Shown piece by piece: positions 50,193 to 63,310 of a stretch of 64,000 nt of DNA; the first letter of the stretch is position 1; each line of letters starts with the position of its first letter. Below the pieces are notes generated by a model, which worked only from the letters and a program-made list of their open reading frames with translations, was not told where the DNA came from and searched no databases. Both the position numbers and the translations under genes were made by a program. The stretch is from an uncultured Gemmatimonadales bacterium (GTDB taxonomy: Bacteria; Gemmatimonadota; Gemmatimonadetes; Longimicrobiales; Gaopeijiaceae), in the NCBI GenBank assembly GCA_963809895.1, contig CAWELD010000010.1:320001-384000 (forward strand). Reading direction: 5' to 3'.

Positions 50193-51530
50193 ATGCAGAG
50201 TCCTCCGGGTTCCGCCGATCTGCCTCGTCGTCTGGGCACCTTCTCCCTGGCCAGCGCTGCGGTCGGGCTGATCATCGGCAGCGGAATCTTCCGCGTTCCC
50301 AGCAGTGTGGCCGCCGATGCGGGCTCGCTGACGGGCGTGGGGCTGGTCTGGCTGTTGGCGGGCCTGACCTCGCTGTGCGGCGCCCTGGCGCTCGCCGAGC
50401 TGGCCGCGCTCTTTCCGCGCACCGGGGGGGTCTACGTGTTCCTCCGTGAGGTCTACGGGCCCCTGGGCGGCTTCCTGTACGGCTGGGCGCGGCTCACGGT
50501 CCTCATGCCCACGACGCTGGGAGCGATCGCCCTCATCTGTGCGGCGTATCTCCGTGAGCTCCTGCCCTTCGCCCTGCCGGGCGATGGATGGGTCGCCGGC
50601 GGGCTGATCGCCCTGCTGGCCGCGGTCAACTACCGATCGACCATCTGGAGCGTGGTGCTCGAGAACGCCACCACGGTCACCAAGCTGGGGGCGCTGGCCG
50701 CCGTGTCCGTGGCGATCTTCTGGCTGGGCGACCGTTCCACCGGTGCCCTGGCGCCCTCGGCCGACCCCGGCGCTCTGGCAGCGCAGGGGGCCGGACTGGC
50801 GCTGGTGACTGCCATGTGGACGTACTCCGGATGGGCCACGGCATGCAGCATCGTCGGAGAAGTGCGCGACCCGGGCCGGACGATTCCGCGGGCGCTCATC
50901 GGCGGATTGGTGGCTGTCACGGTGGCGTACCTGCTGGTGAACGCGGCCTACCTGTGGGTCCTCCCGCTGGACGTGGTGGCGCGCTCTCCGGCGGTGGCCG
51001 TGACCGCCATGTCCGAGGTGGCCGGGGCCGGCGGAACCCGGCTGGTCGCGTTGCTCGTGGTGATCTCGACGCTGGGCGCGTTGAACGCGGCGATTCTCCT
51101 CGGACCCAGGGTCTTCTTCGCCATGGCGCGGGACGGCCTTCTCTTTCGCCGGGTCGGCGGGGTCCACCCGGTGCATCACACCCCCCACGCGGCCACCATC
51201 CTGTCCGCTCTCCTGGGCGTGGCCTATCTGTCCGTGCAGACCTTCGAAGAGCTGGCTCAGGCCTTCATTCTCGGGGCCTGGCCTTTCTACGTGGCGGCTG
51301 TGGTCGGCGTCTTCATCCTGCGCAGGCGTCGGCCCGACGCGCCCCGCCCCTACCGGGCGTGGGGGCATCCCTGGACCTCGGGGCTCTTTCTCCTGGTGTC
51401 CGGGGGGATGCTGCTGAACTCTCTGGTCGCGCGACCCGGCCTGACCTTGTTCGGCTTCGGTCTGATCCTGGCGGGCGTGCCGGTCTACGCACTCGTGCGC
51501 CGGCGCTCGGCGACGACACGGCCGAGTTAG
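50193..51530 (+). CDS. APC family amino acid permease
   Basis: IIGSGIF, GGVYVFL, GEVRDPGRTIPRA, PRPYRAWG. Confidence 0.92.
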   Translation: MQSPPGSADLPRRLGTFSLASAAVGLIIGSGIFRVPSSVAADAGSLTGVGLVWLLAGLTSLCGALALAELAALFPRTGGVYVFLREVYGPLGGFLYGWARLTVLMPTTLGAIALICAAYLRELLPFALPGDGWVAGGLIALLAAVNYRSTIWSVVLENATTVTKLGALAAVSVAIFWLGDRSTGALAPSADPGALAAQGAGLALVTAMWTYSGWATACSIVGEVRDPGRTIPRALIGGLVAVTVAYLLVNAAYLWVLPLDVVARSPAVAVTAMSEVAGAGGTRLVALLVVISTLGALNAAILLGPRVFFAMARDGLLFRRVGGVHPVHHTPHAATILSALLGVAYLSVQTFEELAQAFILGAWPFYVAAVVGVFILRRRRPDAPRPYRAWGHPWTSGLFLLVSGGMLLNSLVARPGLTLFGFGLILAGVPVYALVRRRSATTRPS

Positions 51531-51548
51531 CGGCGCGCGAAGGGACCG

Positions 51549-53150
51549 CTACCCCGTGGGGATGGCCACCGTGGTCACGCTGTGAGCGGCGACCGTGACC
51601 TGGACTTCGTCACCCGACACGGGCTGGGTCGCCGCGATGGCCTTCCAGCGCTCCTCGCCCCAGGACGACTCGCCGGTCACGGTGCCGGTGGCCTGAGCGC
51701 CCTGCAGGCGGACCCGGACAAGCCGCTCCTCGTTGGTGTTGTTCACCACCACCACCACCAGACGCCCGTCTCGGGGATCCCGGAATCCGGTTGCGATCAC
51801 GCGCGCGTTGTCGCTGTCCGTGCCGATCCGCACCGCACCCGGCGCGAGCCAGCGCGCGTAGTGGCCGATGGCGCGCGCCACGCCGGTGATGAGGATCTTC
51901 CCCTGGTCCACGTCCACCAGGACCAGATGGCTGTGTTGGCTGAGGAAGGACACGCCCTGTCCGCCGAAATGCTCCTCGTGGGTGCGCGAGTCCCAGAGCA
52001 CGTTCATGCCGAAGAAGGCCGAGGCACCCGCGTACACGAAGTTGTCGTGGATGTGGATGGCCCGGGCCAGGAGGTTCTCCATGGCGCCGAAGGGATAGTC
52101 GTCGTTGCCGGGCCCTTCGGAGACCTCCGTGAGCCAGACCGGAAGCCCGTATTGGTCGCCCAGGGCGCGGAGTTGCTCCATCTGCTGGACCGCCACAGGG
52201 TCGGGGTTGCCGCTCCCTGAGGTGTCGAGGATGCGTTGGACGCTGGAGTACGTGGATTCGTAGGGGTAGGGGTGATAGCCGATGACTCCCACGTATTGGC
52301 GCGCGTCGGGGTCGGCCAGGATGGCGGAGGCCACCTGCAGTGTCCGGCTCGCGGTCTCCTCGTTCGGCACGATGAACTTCACGTCTCCGTAGCCGGCCGC
52401 CGCGAGCCGCGCCCCGACCGCTTTCACCAGGTCGACCACTTCGGGAATCGACGTGGTGGTGAGCTCCTTGTTTCCCGAGGTCGGCTCGTTGAACAGCTCG
52501 AGTCGTTTCGGGCGCAGGCCGTAGACGTCGGTCCAGCGCTGGACCGTGGCCAGCACGTGCTCGGACGCCTCGTCGAGATAGCGCTGATAGTCCTGGGACC
52601 GGATGTCGGCCAACCAGGTCTGGATCCAGCGCATGCTCACGGAGGGCCCCAGCGTCGCATCGCTGTAGCCGTACGCGCGAGCAGGCTCGACGAGCTGGTG
52701 GTAGGTGTCGTCCGCGCCCTCCCAGTTGAATCCGTCCGGAGCCATCACGAAGGGGTCGTCGTTGTCGTTTCGGCGCTGGCCGAACGGGTCGGACGCCCCT
52801 GCCGGCGTCTCCACGATTCCCGACGACAGGAGGCCCAGCGAAACCCCCACCTCCTGATAGGCGGCTCGCACCGCGTCGTCGCGGTAGGCCCCGAGATGAT
52901 CATCGTCCCCGTAGACCAGTGAGATGGCGTTTCCCCCGAATCCGTCCAGGGTCTGATGGGTCGCACCGGCGTTGACCGTGATGATCGCGGTGTCCGAGGG
53001 CTCCGTCGTGGGCGGCTCCGGAGTGGGCTCGGTGATGCCGGCGCTGCTGCACGCTTGCATGACGAGAACCAGCGCCACCGCGACCGGGAACGGCCCGGCA
53101 CGGCGGGTGGCGCCGGCCGGAGCCGGTTTCGGAGGATGGCGTGGCGTCAT
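51549..53150 (-). CDS. Glycoside hydrolase family 30-like lipoprotein
   Basis: Lipobox MQAC; HQTLDGFGG, FNEP acid/base, VWLTE nucleophile. Confidence 0.75.
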   Translation of the reverse strand: MTPRHPPKPAPAGATRRAGPFPVAVALVLVMQACSSAGITEPTPEPPTTEPSDTAIITVNAGATHQTLDGFGGNAISLVYGDDDHLGAYRDDAVRAAYQEVGVSLGLLSSGIVETPAGASDPFGQRRNDNDDPFVMAPDGFNWEGADDTYHQLVEPARAYGYSDATLGPSVSMRWIQTWLADIRSQDYQRYLDEASEHVLATVQRWTDVYGLRPKRLELFNEPTSGNKELTTTSIPEVVDLVKAVGARLAAAGYGDVKFIVPNEETASRTLQVASAILADPDARQYVGVIGYHPYPYESTYSSVQRILDTSGSGNPDPVAVQQMEQLRALGDQYGLPVWLTEVSEGPGNDDYPFGAMENLLARAIHIHDNFVYAGASAFFGMNVLWDSRTHEEHFGGQGVSFLSQHSHLVLVDVDQGKILITGVARAIGHYARWLAPGAVRIGTDSDNARVIATGFRDPRDGRLVVVVVNNTNEERLVRVRLQGAQATGTVTGESSWGEERWKAIAATQPVSGDEVQVTVAAHSVTTVAIPTG

Positions 53151-53240
53151 GAGGAGGGGCGCTCGGTGGCGGGTGGCAGGAGGGAGGTCTCAGGATGCCG
53201 CTTCGACGGTTCGCAGTGCAATGCCCGTGCCGGCTGGAGA

Positions 53241-54362
53241 TCAGGGGAGCGAGTCTCCGGGCAGCGGGGCGTCCCGGGGAAGCAGCTCGAACGGGTCGGC
53301 CACGGTCTTCACGCCGCTGGTGAGGTCCGCTACGGCCCGTTCCAGGCTTCCGTGGGCTTCGAGGTAGGCCGCGAAGTCCGGGAGTCGGTGGTAGTAGCGC
53401 ATCTGGCCGAGGAGCACGGCGTTGTTGAGCGGGCGGTCCAGGAATCCCCCGAATCGAAGCGACTCGAAGGTGGGAGCCACCTCGGTCTCGAAGCGGGTCC
53501 GGTGGCGCTCGTAGACGGCCTGCCGCTGGTCCAACTTGGCCTGATACGTCAGCGTGCTGTCGCTGTACACCGCCTGCAGGTCCGCCACCAGGCCGTCGAG
53601 GAATCGGCTGTACCGCTGCGCGTCGCGCCAGCGGGCCTGGGCGCGGAGACACTTGGCCGTGTCGGGTCCGCCTCCCTGCCTGCGGCAGAAGAACGCCACG
53701 GATCCGGCCCGCCCCACGAAGGTCGCGAAGCTCTCGTTGAACTGCACCCGCCCGGGAACGAACAGGTGGTTGTGGGAGAGCTCGTGGATGATCGTGCTGA
53801 CCAGTTCTACCGCATCGCGACCGAGGATCGAGGACAGGAGCGGGTCCGCGAACCAGCCCAGGGTGCTGAACGCCGAGGTGGGCCGCAGGAGGGTGTCGAA
53901 CCCGTCCTTGTCCAGATCCTGCTGCGCGTCGAGTGCGTCGCCCTCGTCGAAGAAGCCGCGATAGGGAACGTGGCCCACGATGGGGAACCACCAGGTCTTG
54001 GGCACGAGACGGTCGCGGTAGGACGCGGACAGCACCAGGGCCAGCGTATCCGAATCGAGCTGGGTGAAGCTGGTGTAGCTGTCGCCCACCCGAAGGTGCA
54101 GGCTATCCCGGGCGAACCTGCGGGCCTCCATGGCGAAGGTGAGGAGATCCCGGGTCTCGGGTGGGGTCTCCGGGTCCAGGATCACCTCGGGAATCGGACG
54201 GCGAGCCGCCAGGATCCTGGCCTCCGCGATCCCGGCCTTGATGACGTAGATGGGCGAGCAGCCCGTGACCGCCACGCCGGCGGCGGCCGCCGCGGCGAGG
54301 CCGAGAGCGGTGAGCGACAGGCGACGTCGCAGTCGTCGGGGCTTGGATCTCGTGGTGCTCAC
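53241..54362 (-). CDS. Putative zinc aminopeptidase (DUF2265-like) lipoprotein
   Basis: WWFPIVGHVPYRGFF, STLGWFADP, IHELSH, FNESFATFV. Confidence 0.85.
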   Translation of the reverse strand: MSTTRSKPRRLRRRLSLTALGLAAAAAAGVAVTGCSPIYVIKAGIAEARILAARRPIPEVILDPETPPETRDLLTFAMEARRFARDSLHLRVGDSYTSFTQLDSDTLALVLSASYRDRLVPKTWWFPIVGHVPYRGFFDEGDALDAQQDLDKDGFDTLLRPTSAFSTLGWFADPLLSSILGRDAVELVSTIIHELSHNHLFVPGRVQFNESFATFVGRAGSVAFFCRRQGGGPDTAKCLRAQARWRDAQRYSRFLDGLVADLQAVYSDSTLTYQAKLDQRQAVYERHRTRFETEVAPTFESLRFGGFLDRPLNNAVLLGQMRYYHRLPDFAAYLEAHGSLERAVADLTSGVKTVADPFELLPRDAPLPGDSLP

Positions 54363-54448
54363 GAACCCTGATACCACGACGGGTGCGCCGGGTTCGGCGC
54401 ACCCGTCACGCGCGGGCGTGAGTGGCGGACCGAGGGCGCGGGCGGTTG

Positions 54449-55023
54449 TCAGCCGTAGATGAGGGCCCAGAACGAGTCGGCGGTGTGCTCCAGCCAGTTG
54501 TTCCACGGCCAGGCGGTAATCCAGCCCCACAGCTCGACGGGCGACCAGGCCCACCCCAGCGGGACGAAGATCACATACCAGATCACTGCCGCCCAGGCGA
54601 TCTCGCGGAGCATTCGGCTCCCGGTCACGCGGGTCTGCTTGCGCCGATCCGACTCTTCGGGATCGCGCCCGTTGACGGCATCGATGGTCATGACGAAGCC
54701 GCGCCGGTAGAACGAGATCGCGTCCCGGAGCGTGCGTGCCGCTTCGGTGGGGTGTTCCCCGTCCATGGTCGCCTGCACGAGCGTCACGGAGAAGCGGACC
54801 ATGGCGCGAACGAGCAGCGGGATCCAGAAGACGAGTCCGATGACGCCCCACACCCCGAGGCAGACACCCAGGATGCCGCGGCCAAGAACCCACAAGGCAT
54901 TGTCAGCGCCCGCCGTGCGGGTGTCTTCGGCAGGCGCCTCCTCCTCCGCAGGGTGCTCTCGGTAGTGGAGCGTCGGAGGCTCGCGTCTAAAGACGCTGTC
55001 CGATGTGCGGATCCATGTTCATC
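54449..55023 (-). CDS. Hypothetical membrane protein (frameshifted)
   Basis: GGAGGAG RBS + ATG at 55023; TM-rich ORF 54449..54895. Confidence 0.5.
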
Positions 55024-55052
55024 TCCTCCTCCGGTGCGAGGGTCTGCGGCCA

Positions 55053-55704
55053 CTACCGGCTGCCCTTCGGACGCCCCGAGCCGGTGGGGCGGGAGAGGGG
55101 CTCTGCGTGGAGTCCGAGGGCATCATCGACGCTGCCAATGCCCGAGCTGTCGAGGCCCATGCCGATCTGGCTCTCCCCTTGCGCGTCGGCGAAGACCAGG
55201 TTTGCCTCGTCGGCGCTCGTGAGGCCCAGCACGGCCCTGGGCACTCCCCTGCCGTCGGCGAAGACGAGCGTCGTGGTCTGGTCCGGAAGAAGGCCGAGCA
55301 CGGCACGCCGTTGACCGGTCTCGTTGACCAGGGCAATCCCGGGAAAACCGCGGATTGAAGGACCGTCAGGTTCAGACGTTGCTGGCCCTGGCGATCCATG
55401 AGGGTGAGACGCGCATCGCCCCGCTCATCCACTCCCCATTCACCGCGGGCGCGGCCTTCGACGTCCAGGAGCCGGATCCGCTGGGTTTCGAGGAGCTCCC
55501 TGGAGTAGTCCAGACCGAACAGGTCGGGTCGAGCGGATTCCGAGAGCGAGCAAGGCCATCAGGAAGGTGAACCCGAATCCCATGAGCCGCAGGCGGCTGC
55601 GTAGGCGTTCGTTCTTCTGCTCCAGCACCGAAAGGCGGGCCCGGATGCGGTCTTCGATCTCTCGCAATGCGCCGAGGTCGGTGGGGCGTGTGGGGTCGGT
55701 TCAC
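55053..55704 (-). CDS. Hypothetical membrane-anchored protein (multiple frameshifts)
   Basis: Coiled-coil + TM fragment, then repeated LVFAD beta motifs across frames. Confidence 0.5.
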
Positions 55705-57082
55705 GAGGTCATCTCCGCCGGTCGTCATGGAAGGAATGCCGGCCACGTACTCCTCTTCGACGGTGAGGAAGTACGATCGTGCGGCCCGATGCAGCAGCTC
55801 GGGTGCAAGGCGAGGGGCCTCGCCACGGAAGTCCGCCACCGATTCGATCTGGTGGAGTAGATCCCGAGGATGGCAGCCGCGGGGTCGGAAACCGAGGCGG
55901 TCGTAGTAGTCGTGAAAAAGCAGGTCCACGGCCGATGGATCATAGGGTATGTCGCGGTCGAGACACTCCATTCGGAGGATCTCGTCGAACGCGTCCCGAT
56001 CGGGACTCCGGACCTCGACCTTGAACTGGATCCGGCGCAGGAAGGCCTCATCGACCAGGTCTCGTGGATTGAGGTTCGTGGCGAAGACCAGGAGACAGTC
56101 GAACGGCACCGGGAATTTCGTGCCCGTGTGCAGGGAGAGGGTATCGAAGTGCTTTTCCAGGGGGACGATCCAGCGGTTGAGAAGCTCGGCGGGCGGCATG
56201 CGTTGTCGGCCGAAGTCGTCCACGACCAGCACGCCGCCGGTGGCTTTCACCTGGAAGGGCGCCTGATAGACCTTCGAGTGCGGATCGTACTTGAGGTCGA
56301 GCTGATCCAGCGTGAGCTCACCTCCCACGAAGACGGACGGTCGCCTCACGTGCATGAAACGCCGGTCCCATGCGGTGTCCTTCGCGCAGGAGCGCCTCTC
56401 CCGTTCGGGCATTTCCGGACGGTGCCGACCGATGGTAGATCGGGTCCTCCATGACGATGACGTGGGCAGCGACCATCAGGGCACGAGGGAGGTAGACGGC
56501 CTCGGAAGTGAGGGATCCCAACCGCTCCGCGATCGCGGTCTTACCGTTCCCGGAGCTCCGTGCAGGAAGATGGAGCTCCCGGAGTTGATGGCCGGGCCCA
56601 GCCCGTCGAACACGGCGTCCGGGAACACCAGATCGGAGAACGCGGCCCGCAGCACCTCCCTTCGTACCCTGACGTTCCTGACGGATTGACGCCGGACCCA
56701 CTCCCGAAAGGTCTCGAGGGTCACGGGAGCAGGGCCCACGTACTGGCTCGAGTCCATGGCCCTGCGCGCGCGATGCCGTACCCTGATCCGTGAGGCCGAA
56801 GGTGTAGCCGGATCGCCCGTGCCCCCGAGTGGCGAGGACCTCGAGAAAATGTCGCTGCTGTAGCGTGAGCAGGAGGTCGTCGATCACGGGATAGGCGAGG
56901 GCCATGGCCAGCGCGAGCTCCTCTCCGGTAAGGGCACCTCGCCGGAAGAGGATCTTCATGGCCAGATCCGAGATATGGCCTTCCGTCAGTCCGGTGTCGG
57001 CGACGGTCAGGGGGCTCGGCGGCGCGTCGATGGCATCGCCTTCGGGGTCCCGTCGGTCCTCAATGACGCTGATCGAGCTCAT
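55701..57082 (-). CDS. Tad-locus-associated AAA+ ATPase (frameshifted)
   Basis: GPAINSG, GNGKT, GGELT, VVDDFGRQ, LLNRWIVPLE, DEAFLRRI. Confidence 0.8.
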
Positions 57083-57513
57083 GGGACATCTCCCTTCGAC
57101 CGAAGCTGCACCCCTGACGGTGTCGCGGCCGGTCGCGTCCGGCGGACGGACAGACTGCGGGGCGGAAGCCAGGTCAACTCGTCGCCAGTCGTGGTTTCCG
57201 TGGCTTCGATCGTCCCTGCCGGCACCTCGAGAACGTAGTGGGCACTGGTCACACGCTTGGGTTTCTCCCAGGGACGGACGCGGGGAATGGAGCGCAGCAC
57301 CCGCCCCGAATCATCCAGGAAGATCAGGTCGAGGGGGAAGCGCATGCCGTACGTGTGCACAGAGTTGCAGGGGACGAGCAGCATTCCTTCGCCTTCCGCA
57401 GGGCTCGGCCTGCCGAGATACCCTCTCATTCGGCTCCAGAACGTGTAGGCCACGCGAATGCGCGAGCCCAGAACCGTTCCCCGGGTTCGGTTGATGATGC
57501 GCACGCCGCTCAT
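57079..57513 (-). CDS. DUF192 family protein
   Basis: SVHTYGMRFPLDLIFLD, YVLEVPAG. Confidence 0.85.
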   Translation of the reverse strand: MSGVRIINRTRGTVLGSRIRVAYTFWSRMRGYLGRPSPAEGEGMLLVPCNSVHTYGMRFPLDLIFLDDSGRVLRSIPRVRPWEKPKRVTSAHYVLEVPAGTIEATETTTGDELTWLPPRSLSVRRTRPAATPSGVQLRSKGDVP

Positions 57514-58431
57514 CCGAGTCCGCTCAACGTCTGGAAGATCTGGATGAGGGCCGGCCCGAGGATCACGACGAACAGAGCCGGAAAGATGCAGAGGGCGAGC
57601 GGGAAGATGAGCTTGATCGTGGTCTTGGCCGCTGCCTCTTCCGCGCGCTGCTTCCGCTTGGTGCGCAGGCTTTCCGAATGCACCCGCAGCGAGCGTGCGA
57701 CCGACGTGCCGAACCGCTCGGTCTGGATGAGCATCGTCACCAGGGAGCGACGTCGCGCACGCCGGTTCTGTCGGCCATCCCCATGAGTGCGCGTTCCCGG
57801 GGCGTGCCGGCCCGCATCTCGAGATTGGCCTGAGCGATCTCCTCCGTGAGGAGCATGGCTGACGTGGCGCATTTCGGTGGCGACGCGCAGGAGGGCCTGG
57901 TTCAGGCCCAAGCCCGCTTCCACGCAGATCACCAGGAGGTCCAGGGCGTCGGGAAGCGCCTTCTGGATGGTGCGCTGTCGGCGCCGGATCCTGATGCTGA
58001 GGAGGAAGCTCGGCACTACCCAACCCACCGTGGCGCCCCAGAGACTCATGAGCAGGACGGAGTTCCGGTCCACCCGGCGCGGCTGAGCAGAGCGGTGCAG
58101 CCCACGAACAGTCCGGCGGCCGCGGTGAGGCGAATTCCCAGATAGAGGGGAAGCGCCACGCTTTCGCGATAGCCGGCATGAATGAGGCGGGCGCGCAATG
58201 GGCCCCAATCGCGGCTCATGGGCTGAACCTTCTCGCCCAGGACCTGGAGCAGGTCCTGAAGCCGGCTCTCCCGACGTCGCCGCGACGCCTGTCCGTCGTC
58301 ACGGCCATGGAGACCGAGCTCCACCATGCGCGCCCGCAGTGTTCGATTCTGTGCAGGCAGGACGGCCAGGAACATCCGAAGACCAGGAGTCCCGTGGCCA
58401 GCGCCACCGTGACGACGATGAGATAGAGCAT
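57510..58431 (-). CDS. tadC: Tad pilus inner membrane platform protein TadC (frameshifted)
   Basis: ALPDALDLLVICVEAGLGL, QTERFGTS, AEEAAAK. Confidence 0.85.
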
Positions 58432-58440
58432 CGGGGCTCC

Positions 58441-59436
58441 TCAGATGTCGATCTTGATGATGGAGCGGATCCACAGCACGCCGAGGACCTGCAGAAAGAC
58501 GGCCGTTCCCAGAAGGGCCAGCCCCCCGATATTGCCGAAGAGGACCATCATGTAGTCGGGCTCCATCAGGAAGATCACCGAGCCGACGAAGACCGGCAGC
58601 GACCCGAGAATCCATCCGCTCATCCGGCCCTGGGCCGTGTAGACCCGGAGCTGACGGCGGATGTAGAATCGGCCGCGGATCGTGTGAGCGAGATTGTCCA
58701 GGATCTCGGCGAGGTTGCCGCCCACGTCCCGCTGGATCGAGGACGGCGGTGACGAAGATGCGGACGTCCACCGAGTCCATGCGGTCCACCATGCACAGCA
58801 GGGCGTCCTCGAAGGGGAGGCCGAAGCGCTGCTCCTCGAAGACTGTGCCGGAACTCGTCGCCCACCGGGTTCGGGCACCTCTTCGGCGACCATGCGGATT
58901 CCGGCCGAGACGGGATGGCCGGCCCGGATGGCGCGCGCCCAGCAGGTCGATGGCCTCGGGAAACTGCTCCTCGAAGGCCCGCAGCCGCGGCCGCTTCTGC
59001 GCCTCGCAAGCACAGATAGGGGAGCCATGCGCCACACCGCGGCCGCGATTGTCGCGAGAATGATCGAATGGACCAGCAGGAGAAGGCGATGCCGCGCCCG
59101 CAGCCACCGCGACCGTGAGGAGCAAGGAAGGTCTCGACGCCCAGGTCCACATCGCGCCTGCTCGCAACAGGTCGCTCGGCCGTTCGCATGCCCGGGAAAC
59201 GCCGTCGACCAGCTCCATGGCGAGTGTCCCGTCCGAGGCGGCACCGGCATCACGGACCAGAGCCTCGTGCTCCGCTGAGCGGGCGCGGCCTCGCCCATGC
59301 AGTCGGTCGATGCGTCGGCGTGTCTTTCGCCGTCGCGACCAGTCCCGCAGCGCCTCCCAGAGGAGCGCCACCGAGAGCGTCGCCGAAGACCGGCAGCGAT
59401 GAAGGCCAGCAGCGGCCGGAAGCCATGGACGGCCAT
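58441..59436 (-). CDS. tadB: Tad pilus inner membrane platform protein TadB (frameshifted)
   Basis: FEEQFPEAIDL, RAIRAGH, GGNLAEILDNLA, TAQGRMSG. Confidence 0.85.
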   Translation of the reverse strand: MAVHGFRPLLAFIAAGLRRRSRWRSSGRRCGTGRDGERHADASTDCMGEAAPAQRSTRLWSVMPVPPRTGHSPWSWSTAFPGHANGRATCCEQARCGPGRRDLPCSSRSRWLRARHRLLLLVHSIILATIAAAVWRMAPLSVLARRRSGRGCGPSRSSFPRPSTCWARAIRAGHPVSAGIRMVAEEVPEPGGRRVPAQSSRSSASASPSRTPCCAWWTAWTRWTSASSSPPSSIQRDVGGNLAEILDNLAHTIRGRFYIRRQLRVYTAQGRMSGWILGSLPVFVGSVIFLMEPDYMMVLFGNIGGLALLGTAVFLQVLGVLWIRSIIKIDI

Positions 59437-59438
59437 CG

Positions 59439-60830
<1,392 letters not shown>

Positions 60831-60834
60831 TCCC

Positions 60835-62048
60835 TCACTTTCCGGATCGCTTCTGACGCAGGGACTGGATGAAGGGCAGGATGCCCGACTTCGCTTCCTC
60901 GTCTCCAGCGGACCCGGCGAGACGCTTGCCCATCTTCGACATCGCTTGTGCGAAGCGGGAGCGGCCGCGCACGGCGGGTTGACCGAGGTTCAGGCTCTGA
61001 ACCACCGATTCGCCGTCCCACTCCAGCGTGGCGAAGATCTTGGTGCCCAGGGCCTCCGCGACTTCGCGACCGGAGACGCCGGTGCCGTCGCGGAATTGAT
61101 TGAGCACCACCTTCGCGGGTCCGGCTCCGTTGGTGGCGCCGCTCGGATCAGCTCCAGCGCTCTCTTCAGGTTGCGCAGCGTCGGAAGCTCGGGAGTGGAC
61201 ACCAGAAGCCGTTCTTCCGATTCCCGCAGGACCTCCAGGACACCAGGATTCATGTCCGATCCCGCATCGACGACGACGAAGGCGAAGTGCCGTTGACAGA
61301 GGCGCACGAGGCCCAGCATCTGTTCGGCGCCGGGCTGGCTTCCCGTGGTGACGAGGGGTCGGGGACGACAGCACTGAGACCCCGGAGGAATCGACTTCCA
61401 GGAACGACTTGAGGAGCTCGGCGTCCATGCGATGGAAGTTCTGGACGACGTCGAGATAGGAGTACCGCGGACGCAGGCCCAGGACGAGCGCCGCGGTTCC
61501 GAGTTGCGAGTTCAGGTCCAGAAGGAGCGTCCGCTCCTTGGTATGGGAGGCCAGGTAGCTCGCGAGATTCGCCGCCACCGTGGTCACCCCTGTGCCTCCC
61601 TTGGCGCTGAAGACCGAGATCAGGCGGCCGCGGGCGGTCGGCGCCTCGGGCGACGGTGGTGCCAGGCGCCGCCGGACGCGCTCGAAGGCCGACGCGACGT
61701 CTTCGGGGTCCAAGGGACGCGGGAGGTACTCCGGGCCGCCCCGGAGCGCATAACCTCCAGGAGCGCCTCGGCCCCGAGCGCCGGTCCAGCGACGATGAGC
61801 GTCATGTCGGGAGCGTCCTGGCTCAGGACCTTCATGACGCGCAGCCCCGTGGTCGAGGCGTCGCCCAGGTCGATGAACGCCACCTGCGGGTCGGCGCTCA
61901 GGATCTGGCTTACGGCCTCTCGCGGGAGCTCGTCCGCGAACTGGTGAGATCGAGGGCGACGCGCAGGTGCACATCCGGGCGGTGCGCCAGTTCGGCGACC
62001 TGGCGCCGAAATGCTTCGTCGCGAGAGATCAGCACGCAATCTCAGCAC
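60835..62048 (-). CDS. cpaE: CpaE/TadZ (receiver + MinD-like ATPase; frameshifted)
   Basis: SAKGGTGVTTVAANLA, LLDLN. Confidence 0.85.
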
Positions 62049-62067
62049 GAGGACTCGCTCCTTCGAC

Positions 62068-63295
62068 TCAGAGCCGCAGGAAGAGGACCAGGGTACCGGT
62101 GGTGGGCCCGCCACCCGAACCGGTGGCCTGCGGATGAAGCGACCATTACGGGCGCCTGCGGGCTGGCCTGACTCCTCGATGAACATCAGGGCGAAGTCGT
62201 TGAACTTGATGGTCTGCATGCCGGAACCGTCGAGCTCGCCGGGCGGGAAGAGGGCGATCTTCACAACCCGCGGACTGTCCATCCAGTTGGGGCCGTACTG
62301 TGCCTGATCCCAGTTCACCACGCCTCCGCGCCCGCCGTTGGCCGTAGGATCCCACTCCGCGTTGGGATCGGCATCGATGAGCTCGCCGATGCCCTGAGCC
62401 GTGGGACCGATCATGTTCCGGGCTCGATCTCGTACTCGGTGCCGAGCTCCACGTCGCTTGCGTTGCAGGAGCAGATGTTCCGGCGATAGACGGCGCCGCC
62501 CTGCTCGCTGCCGCCACCCCCCTTGGTGCACTCCGGCATGTCCGGGTCTTCGGGAATGCGCCAGGGCAGGAAGACGCCCGGTGCGGGCACGTACGTGTCG
62601 TTGGGATCCGCCGCCTTGAGCTGGATGGGGCGGCCGTAGTCCTCCAGGAAGGCCGGGTTCCCGTAGTTGTCCCGGAATTCGCTTCCGTAGCTGGTGGCGC
62701 TCTGGTTCTCCAGGTCGGACTTGTCGGGATCGTACTTCTGATAGCGGTCCACGTCGGGGTTCCACTCCCAGTCCTCGTCGGGATCCCAGATGCGGTTGCC
62801 GTCGTCGTTGTCGTTGTCCTGCCACATGTCCGGCACCGCGAAGGGCTTGAGGCAGCTTCCTTCGCCCGCTTCGGAGGCCTGCGCGGCTGCCTTGGCCGCC
62901 ACGTCCACCGCGTTGATGCCGAGCACCCGTGCGAACCAGGTGCCCAGGCCGTTCCTGCGGATCCAGACCCGTACCTTGCGCTCGTCGGGCAGCACCTGGA
63001 CGGTCACCTCCGACGAGTCCACCTGGACATTTCGCACCACGTTGCGGAGGGCGTAGTCGTAGGCCCGTGCCCGCGCGGTGTCTTCCGCTTCGTCAGCGGG
63101 CAGATCGAGGAACGCGCTGCCCCCGGCCAAGGCCGCGGCATCGGCCACGCGTTGGGCCTCGCTCCGGGCGGTAAACGCCATGCCCAGGTCCACGGCGAGG
63201 GCGATCATCGCCAGCAGCGCGATCATGCTGATGGCGACGAGGACCAGGGTGGCGCCTCGTCTCGGGTCGTGGGCCGGGTGGGGGGTCGTGGGCAT
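62068..63295 (-). CDS. tadG: TadG-like pilus protein (frameshifted)
   Basis: RRGATLVLVA prepilin-like N-terminus; AVDLG...QRVADAAALAG. Confidence 0.8.
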
Positions 63296-63310
63296 CGTCT
63301 CTCCTGGGCT

